From: a virus
Lineage: Duplodnaviria > Caudoviricetes
Reading direction: 5' to 3' (one strand)
Length of the DNA: 64,000 bases
Virus record (IMG/VR): IMGVR_UViG_3300002220_000288
Span: 1-64,000 of that record
In this document: one piece after another, positions 57,767-64,000 of the stretch
Numbering within the stretch: the stretch's first letter is position 1
Layout: every line of letters begins with the position of its first letter
Notes under the pieces: model-generated
What the model was told of the DNA's origin: nothing
What the model saw: the letters and a program-made list of their open reading frames with translations, nothing else
The model's database searches: none
Made by a program: the position numbers and the translations under genes

Positions 57767-58462
57767 TTATAGTCCTAGCTTGTATCTGGCCAATAAGTAG
57801 CTTTTTACTAATCCAGATCGAACAATGTCATTGATATCAAACTCTACGAACCCAAATTCCATCATAGAGCAGATAATCTTTCCGAACCACGGCATTCCAG
57901 ATGCGCCCTTGCCGGTGACTAAATCATTCTGCCTAATATCGCCACAAAGTATAACGCGGCAACCAGGGCCGACTCGGGTAATGACAGTATCAAGCTCCTG
58001 GGTGGTGCAGTTCTGGATTTCATCAACGATGATCGCCGCATTCTTGTAAGTAACGCCACGGAGATAACTGGTCGATACCATATTGACATATCCCTTCTTG
58101 CGAAGGATTGACCATGCATCATCTCGACCGAATAGGTTGTTAACTAGTTGCCGGTAAGGGTCTTCGTAAACGGATAGCTTCTCTTGAAGATTTCCCGGAA
58201 GGAATCCCATGTCCCGGCTAGGAACCGTACTCCTGACTATCTCGATACTGGATATCTTTCCTTCAATTAGATCCTTGAAGGCGAGGTACAAAGCGATAAA
58301 CGTCTTGCCTGTTCCAGCCGTCCCGGTAAGCATTAGCTGCTTGCCTTGATAGTACTGGTCGAATACTTCCCTCTGACTGTCCGTTAAAGGCTTTACATCC
58401 CTTAGTTCAAACCCGTTCTCAAATGTCTTGGTCTTTGATTTATCTACTGTCTTTCTAGCCAA
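57767..58462 (-). CDS. phoH: PhoH-family ATPase
   Basis: GTAGTGKT, MGFLPG, YLRGVT, DEIQN, GDIRQND, DIVRSGLVK. Confidence 0.93.
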   Translation of the reverse strand: MARKTVDKSKTKTFENGFELRDVKPLTDSQREVFDQYYQGKQLMLTGTAGTGKTFIALYLAFKDLIEGKISSIEIVRSTVPSRDMGFLPGNLQEKLSVYEDPYRQLVNNLFGRDDAWSILRKKGYVNMVSTSYLRGVTYKNAAIIVDEIQNCTTQELDTVITRVGPGCRVILCGDIRQNDLVTGKGASGMPWFGKIICSMMEFGFVEFDINDIVRSGLVKSYLLARYKLGL

Positions 58463-58474
58463 GCGATACCTTTC

Positions 58475-60364
58475 TTACCCAGGCATTGCGGCGGAAGGGC
58501 CACCCTGTTCAGCTACCGAACGAGGCGCTCTCCCTGATGTCTGTAGCGATGCCGTAGCCTGAGCCTCTTCCATGAGTTCTTGTAGTATTTGGTCGGCACG
58601 TTCCGGGTCGATCTCCAGCCTTCGATAAAGTTCCTTCCTGGAAATAAGGCCACGGGCAGCGAGACTAACTGCTTCCATCTTCTCACGATCCTTGGCCCCA
58701 GAGTGCAAAGAACCCGGCTTTACGGTCATAGAGAAAATAGACCAGAAGGTTTCCTTGCGCTGCTTGTCGAAATCACCATCAGAACCCGGATAAAGATTGC
58801 CTGGGTCGTAGGTAAAGTCTTCCCAGCTTAGGCCGTTCTCCCCCAACATCTTCATGCGCTGGCGTGCTGTATAGAACTGAATGACGTTAGATACAGCCTG
58901 AGTACCGCATCGCTGCAAGAACGACTCCAGATACCTCTCTTCCCTGCGAAGCGGGGTCTGTAGGGTATCTCGCATCTGGTCGATTGTCTCTCCAGATGGA
59001 AGCTGATTCTTACCGGCAAGCTTCGACATATCCATGATGCCGCTCATCTTGTCAAACTCAGGCATGATTACGCCCTGAAGCAAGGCAATGACATACTGAG
59101 GAATCTGCGGGATCTGGCCGTATTGGATATCAGTGCCAATGTTGACGTTCGGATTTACCTTCAGCCTAGCACCGGGCATGTCGCTCAAGTATTCGCGCCA
59201 AGCGGCTTCCGAGGCTACGTTGGTCTTTGCGATCAGCGTCGGGTTCAATACACGCTTCGACATATCCAGCATACCGGCAGGGATCTCGTTGATAGCGTCC
59301 TGCATCGGAACAAGGGAGCGGTATGTGCTTAATCCGTAAAAAGACCACGGGACCGGGTTGAGCCGCAAGTCTACGAACGGATACATGCCGTGCCAGAAAG
59401 GAGACGGACCATCGTAAAGAAGTCGGTCGCCAGCGAAGATGATAAGGCGCTTCCTCGGATAGAGTCGCTGCCCAGGCTTCACCTTATACCACCAGTTGTG
59501 CATATCTGGTGGGAGAAATGGATCACGGACAATTACTTCTTTATTTGATTCATTGATGCTTAGATCATCTACGTAATACTCTTCGAGTTCAATAGCTCCG
59601 TACATCTTAGAGCCATAAGCACTGAAGTCGCCTGTCTGAACGCCAACCAGCTTACGGAAAGCGGGAGACATCTGGCTCCAGGTGTATTCGGGTACGTGCG
59701 CGGGACGGGAGTATTTGTCTTGTGGCTTTGCCTCCCAGTATTTAGCCTGATCCTCAATTCCCTGTGCGCTCATAGGGAATACTTTCTTGAAGTAAGAGAT
59801 AGGCTTCCAGTTCCGATATAAGATAGCCGCAGAGTCCTGTAGGCTAGTCTTGCTGGGCTGAATTGGCATTACGTTATCAGGCCCAAGGGGAACAACCCGC
59901 ATTGATCCAGGCGCGGAAGCTCCTATTCGCCAATAAGAGATCCCGTGAAGCATGGCGATATCAACAGCATCTACTAGTGCGTCACCCATGTTTTGACGCA
60001 TCCATTCCGCCCTGATTACATTGGCGATTACTTGAGCTGGCTCTTCGTATGCTTCAACATTTGTAGAGACGTCGATCGACGGACGAGAATCGGTAAGCAG
60101 AGAAAGCCGCTCCCTGCGAACTAGCTCCATCTTGTTGTCAACGAACCGGCTCTTATACTTAGGCCGCCGATTATCCCACTGAGCGCCCTCTAGGTATCGA
60201 ATATACCTTTCGACATTCGGGAACTCAATGGAGTTACGGTAGGAAAGCATCGCTTGTTCGCGTGTTCCATCTCGCCACTCTTTAATCTTTCGGGTGTAGT
60301 TCGCCCTATACTCAGGGGTTTCTCCTGATTTAGTCAAAGATGGCGAATGTGGTAGTCTTTCCAT
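58475..60364 (-). CDS. Portal protein
   Basis: 629 aa between terminase and scaffold; YLEGAQW, MYPFV..FYGLS..LVPMQDAIN. Confidence 0.82.
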   Translation of the reverse strand: MERLPHSPSLTKSGETPEYRANYTRKIKEWRDGTREQAMLSYRNSIEFPNVERYIRYLEGAQWDNRRPKYKSRFVDNKMELVRRERLSLLTDSRPSIDVSTNVEAYEEPAQVIANVIRAEWMRQNMGDALVDAVDIAMLHGISYWRIGASAPGSMRVVPLGPDNVMPIQPSKTSLQDSAAILYRNWKPISYFKKVFPMSAQGIEDQAKYWEAKPQDKYSRPAHVPEYTWSQMSPAFRKLVGVQTGDFSAYGSKMYGAIELEEYYVDDLSINESNKEVIVRDPFLPPDMHNWWYKVKPGQRLYPRKRLIIFAGDRLLYDGPSPFWHGMYPFVDLRLNPVPWSFYGLSTYRSLVPMQDAINEIPAGMLDMSKRVLNPTLIAKTNVASEAAWREYLSDMPGARLKVNPNVNIGTDIQYGQIPQIPQYVIALLQGVIMPEFDKMSGIMDMSKLAGKNQLPSGETIDQMRDTLQTPLRREERYLESFLQRCGTQAVSNVIQFYTARQRMKMLGENGLSWEDFTYDPGNLYPGSDGDFDKQRKETFWSIFSMTVKPGSLHSGAKDREKMEAVSLAARGLISRKELYRRLEIDPERADQILQELMEEAQATASLQTSGRAPRSVAEQGGPSAAMPG

Positions 60365-60367
60365 ACG

Positions 60368-60754
60368 TTAAATCCACTGTCCCTTTTCTCCGCTAGTGTT
60401 CTTCTTGGTGATTCCGTTTTCATCGGCAGTGCAAGAAGATGGGAGTTCGTTTGGATCATAGTAGCCGTAACGATGGCAGAACTCTTTTTGGTCTTGCCTA
60501 GTACGGATAAAATGCTTTACTGGAGTACCATTCTCATCTCTGGCGTGCGCCCAATGGCCTTCGCTATTCTGTCCTAGGTATTGCCCTAATTCCTTAGCCC
60601 AAACGATACTTGGGGCAGATACGTAGCGATGTACTTCTTGCTTGCAAGCAGGACATGCCGGATTCGGGCTATCCCAGCGGCGGACGAAGAATTCAAACAA
60701 ACTGCCCTGCTTGTCACAGGATTCATTCTTGCAAGTACCTTCGTAGGTAGGCAT
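60368..60754 (-). CDS. FmdB-like zinc-ribbon protein
   Basis: MPTYEGTC..C..FE..CPAC..SAP. Confidence 0.75.
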   Translation of the reverse strand: MPTYEGTCKNESCDKQGSLFEFFVRRWDSPNPACPACKQEVHRYVSAPSIVWAKELGQYLGQNSEGHWAHARDENGTPVKHFIRTRQDQKEFCHRYGYYDPNELPSSCTADENGITKKNTSGEKGQWI

Positions 60755-61300
60755 TTAGGCGGCAACTCCCGAATGTGCAGTAACTGCGGTCGTGATATCA
60801 GAAGAACTCTCAAGCTTCTTCCCAGCAGCCTCACTCATCTGTTTTAGCTGTTCGTTCGTGAACGGAACCCATCGAACATCACCGGAGACGCCGTACAGCC
60901 ATCCGTTCGTGATGATGTGGCTCCAGCAGTTAGTAAGCCAGTGGTCGACTGTTACGCCTTGAACCCGCGCCGAGTCCTCGATATTCGGCTTCAGTGATGG
61001 GTCAACCACAACCTTGAACACCGAATCGCCGTCCTCTTCAGGTACGGAATTGATTACTGCGTTCACGATATCAGAAGAAGAGGTAACGTCCTCTCCCAGT
61101 GCCTCACTCATAGCTTGAATATCGTCACCTGATAGCATCAAGCCGCCATCGGCGTATGCTGACAAATAATTGGCAACACAAGTATTTAGGTAAGCCTGGA
61201 CATTCTCGGGATCAACAGCCTCAAATACTTCATAGTCCTTAATCGGGATAGACAACTCAAGATTCACTTGAACATTCGTTGGTTTTGTGCTCTTTGCCAT
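60755..61300 (-). CDS. Hypothetical protein
   Basis: 181-aa acidic ORF abutting the next gene. Confidence 0.65.
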   Translation of the reverse strand: MAKSTKPTNVQVNLELSIPIKDYEVFEAVDPENVQAYLNTCVANYLSAYADGGLMLSGDDIQAMSEALGEDVTSSSDIVNAVINSVPEEDGDSVFKVVVDPSLKPNIEDSARVQGVTVDHWLTNCWSHIITNGWLYGVSGDVRWVPFTNEQLKQMSEAAGKKLESSSDITTAVTAHSGVAA

Positions 61301-61306
61301 GACTAT

Positions 61307-61332
61307 ATCTTACCGTTTCTGAAAGTCCAATA
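61307..61332 (-). promoter_or_regulatory. Candidate late promoter TATTG-N15-TAAGAT, 6 nt from ATG
   Basis: Recurrent motif. Confidence 0.5.
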
Positions 61333-61341
61333 GATAACAAT

Positions 61342-63528
61342 TTACAACAATGCATAGTCCCTTACGCCCCAATCCTTCTCTTCTCCGTAGGAAGAATGAT
61401 CGCCTTCCGGCTTTGGGTCAAAGTCTCGAAGGTCGTTTCTTGGGTCTTGTTGCTTGGATATCGGCACATGGAGATTCCTGCTTGCCAAGACAAACATGGA
61501 CTGACAGAATGGGCAATTACGTATTGTTCCAGGAGAGTCAGCCCCCCACACTTTATGGCATTTCCCGCAGCTCATCTTGTAATCGCACGTATCTGGGGTT
61601 CTTTCAATCTTACTGGGAACAATTCCGTAGTTGTCTTCGTAATCTCCCTCGTGGGCGGTAAACAAACATATCATAGCTGCCATCACAACGTCGTCGTTAA
61701 ATCCGCCCTGCGCCCCTGTCCTGAGGCTCCCGTCTATGCTAGTGAACACCTTTATTTCATCAAGAAAGCGAGGGTCTCTGGCTATGAAGATACCTTCCTT
61801 GAGCCACCTGTCGGCTGTGACAATCAGTTTCGGCTTTGTGTTTTGAAGAGTCAGCCAGTGGGGAGCGCCAGTCGTTGTCTTCCTTCGATAGCAGTTCGGG
61901 TAAGACAGATTGTTTAACAACTGGTCGGCGGTTGAGTTTCCTGGCGTGTTGTACTCTACCGCTATCTGAGCCTCGTTATACCACTTCCCTAGCTTGGCTA
62001 TCTCATAAGACAAGTCTAGGGGGTTGACGATATTGGTTCTTAGAGTAGCGACGTGGACATCCTCGCTCCCGGAGGTCCCGACTCGATTGACCCAGGCAAC
62101 CGAGAAGTCCTTGCCTTTGCCGTATCCAACGTCAACGCCAATTTGATACCGAGCGTTGGTGATCGGCTTTTCCCACACCCAGAGATGAAGGTCTTCGCCG
62201 TCGTGAAACATCGAGCAGCCTTCCAAGTGGCACTTGCGGCCTAAGTCATTATCGGAATAGCCATGAAAGTACCCATGTCGATCAAAGAAGCCTTTAAGAG
62301 GAGATGGCGCTCTTTCGGTGAAATACTCGACATTCTCAATTGCCTTCTCACTAAACACCTGTTCGCCTTTTGCGATAAAGGCTTCCTCGGCGGTAAGCGC
62401 AAGTTCCTGCTTGATCGACTTGGTATTACTGGCGTTTACTCGCTCATTCACAATGAAGTAAATCTGGTCGTCTCTTAATACGTAAGGCTCAAGAGTGCCG
62501 GAGTCGCATACTTGACAGGTGGTTCCGTCTAGGGTTCCGGTTGGCGTCTTTCTATTGAAGTACCTACCGCAGACTTTATTGCTGCATCTGCACCAATTAG
62601 ACTCAACGACATCCCGCATCCGCTTTTCTTCTTCGCCAATGCGCCAGCCGGAAGGAGGAGCTAGAACTCTCTTTTTCTCAAAGAAGTAAGGCAAGAAGAC
62701 AGCTTCCCAGTCGGCTTTATCTCCGAGGTTTACGCACTTCTTGTAGAAAGCATGGCTCTCCGTCCCAGCGCCCTTTGCGGTTGATTCTAAGATAGCTATC
62801 GTATCAGGGCTATTGACGAGAGCGTACTTCAAGTCTTCTTCTAGCGTTCCCTGAAGGTCAGACCAAGAGGTGAACTCTGAGCCGTGAAAAGCATTGAGGC
62901 GGTAGCCTTGGCCTAGCCCGCCTTTTCGATTCGCCCACTGTACGCGAATTAGGGAGTTCAACCCGAGTCCGCCGTCTTTAGCCGGTACGTCAAGAACAAT
63001 GCCGGTGTCTAGCTTAAACGAACTACTCTTAGGCCGAAGCCACCAAGGTAACTGCCGGTAGATTGGCGACAAATAGCTATTGAACAAGTTTTGGGACTGG
63101 TCTTCGTCTTCCGATACGATCATCCCTCTACGGTTAGACCTGAACATGCAAACCCATGCCACGATACCGCAACCAAGAAGAGATAAGCCCAACTGTCGAG
63201 CCTTGATAAGACAGATTCGCTGCGGCTTCCCGCGCTTCTTCATGTCCTCTAGCTTCTGAAGGACTAACTCTTGGCCATCCCAAAGTTCAAACAGTCGGTC
63301 GTTGCCTTCTTTATCTGATATCCAGAAGTAGTTACTAGCAGCGTACCGGAAGTCTTCCCGGCATCTTTGGAGTTCTGACGCCACAAGCATCAACTCCTGA
63401 TTGTTCAGTAACTTAAACCTGTCTTCTTCAGGCACTTTCTCGAACTTGCCAGTCTCAAAGTATTCAACGATATCCCAGACGTGAGAACTTCTTGTTCGGG
63501 ACCTTAATTCTCTAGGGGGTATAATCAC
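61342..63528 (-). CDS. terL: Terminase large subunit
   Basis: IKARQLGLS Walker A, FHGSE Walker B, ESTAKG, IGVDVGYG and DDVVMA nuclease motifs. Confidence 0.92.
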   Translation of the reverse strand: MIIPPRELRSRTRSSHVWDIVEYFETGKFEKVPEEDRFKLLNNQELMLVASELQRCREDFRYAASNYFWISDKEGNDRLFELWDGQELVLQKLEDMKKRGKPQRICLIKARQLGLSLLGCGIVAWVCMFRSNRRGMIVSEDEDQSQNLFNSYLSPIYRQLPWWLRPKSSSFKLDTGIVLDVPAKDGGLGLNSLIRVQWANRKGGLGQGYRLNAFHGSEFTSWSDLQGTLEEDLKYALVNSPDTIAILESTAKGAGTESHAFYKKCVNLGDKADWEAVFLPYFFEKKRVLAPPSGWRIGEEEKRMRDVVESNWCRCSNKVCGRYFNRKTPTGTLDGTTCQVCDSGTLEPYVLRDDQIYFIVNERVNASNTKSIKQELALTAEEAFIAKGEQVFSEKAIENVEYFTERAPSPLKGFFDRHGYFHGYSDNDLGRKCHLEGCSMFHDGEDLHLWVWEKPITNARYQIGVDVGYGKGKDFSVAWVNRVGTSGSEDVHVATLRTNIVNPLDLSYEIAKLGKWYNEAQIAVEYNTPGNSTADQLLNNLSYPNCYRRKTTTGAPHWLTLQNTKPKLIVTADRWLKEGIFIARDPRFLDEIKVFTSIDGSLRTGAQGGFNDDVVMAAMICLFTAHEGDYEDNYGIVPSKIERTPDTCDYKMSCGKCHKVWGADSPGTIRNCPFCQSMFVLASRNLHVPISKQQDPRNDLRDFDPKPEGDHSSYGEEKDWGVRDYALL

Positions 63529-63698
63529 TTCTTCTTTTTCATTGCCATAGTCTTGCCGCCTTGCCGCTCTTCGCTCAGTGCGATTGCGATTGCCTGCTTA
63601 GGATTCTTGACTACTGGCCCTTTCTTTGAACCTGAGCGCAGCTTTCCCTTTTTGAACTCTCGCATAACCTTGCTTATCTTGTCAGACTTTTTTGCCAT
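63525..63698 (-). CDS. DUF6496-like small basic protein
   Basis: KVMREFKKGKLRSGSKKGPVVKNPKQAIAIALSE. Confidence 0.75.
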   Translation of the reverse strand: MAKKSDKISKVMREFKKGKLRSGSKKGPVVKNPKQAIAIALSEERQGGKTMAMKKKK

Positions 63699-64000
63699 CT
63701 CCGCCCTCCGGTGTGTCAATAAACTCTACGTCGATTACTTCTGCTTTTTGCTTGACAGAAGCATCACGAGCCTCCATCTGCTTAATCAGTGATTCAAGAG
63801 AAGCGCCGCTTCCGTTGTTCACGGTCGTATTCCCGTTTTGAGTTAGTATGTTCTGGGTGATATTGACTCCGCCTCCAGATTTCAAGCCTAGAATCTCCGC
63901 CGCTAGTTCCATCACCTTGATATTGGGGTTCTCGTTGTCTAAGTGCTTTACTATCGACTTCCGAAGCTTTTCGTAGTAATCTGGAGCATCCTCAATAAGC
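63682..64000 (-). CDS. Probable terminase small subunit, truncated by window edge
   Basis: Frame open to the edge; position upstream of terL; acidic EVIDVEF tail. Confidence 0.5.
   Translation of the reverse strand, partial: LIEDAPDYYEKLRKSIVKHLDNENPNIKVMELAAEILGLKSGGGVNITQNILTQNGNTTVNNGSGASLESLIKQMEARDASVKQKAEVIDVEFIDTPEGGDGKKV

Noticed and set aside
12257-63528. Further inteins or introns in dnaB, nrdA, nrdB, recA and terL
   Set aside because: No C1..HN/[CST] Hint motifs and no interrupted frames.
1-64000. Alternative genetic code, integrase or att site, DNA polymerase
   Set aside because: Genes tile densely under the standard code with all three stops used and no suppressor tRNA; no integrase or polymerase motifs were seen, so lifestyle and host cannot be called.

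Overview
A 64-kb segment of a tailed dsDNA bacteriophage genome (standard genetic code, podovirus-like architecture) with two convergent arms that meet at a bidirectional terminator near 23.95 kb. The plus arm (1-23.9 kb) carries recombination, replication and nucleotide-metabolism genes: ERF annealase, PD-(D/E)XK exonuclease, an intein-containing SF2 helicase, a three-gene tRNA cluster, a replication initiator with a lambda-like internal origin, a split DnaG primase, DnaB, HNH, RusA, two glycosyltransferases, a metallophosphoesterase, ThyX and NrdAB. The minus arm (64 to 24 kb) carries morphogenesis genes: terminase, portal, PhoH, scaffold, major capsid, adaptor-like proteins, a 3012-aa repeat-expanded tail protein, a tail fibre, RecA and candidate ejected proteins. 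Five features stand out. (1) The helicase intein is contiguous and splice-competent by motif, yet its Vsr/DUF559-type endonuclease is a separate, fully nested gene in the +1 frame that overlaps the intein's C-terminal splicing blocks. (2) A 1778-aa polyvalent protein (lysozyme-like + Nudix + HipA/PI3K-like kinase + ADP-ribosyltransferase) is followed by candidate immunity genes. (3) A D-arm-less tRNA(CCU)-like RNA with a long variable arm sits in the tRNA cluster. (4) A TATTG-N15-TAnRAT motif recurs upstream of three late genes. (5) Tandem NrdR-like boxes overlap the nrdAB promoter. All calls come from motif recognition by eye; no searches were run.
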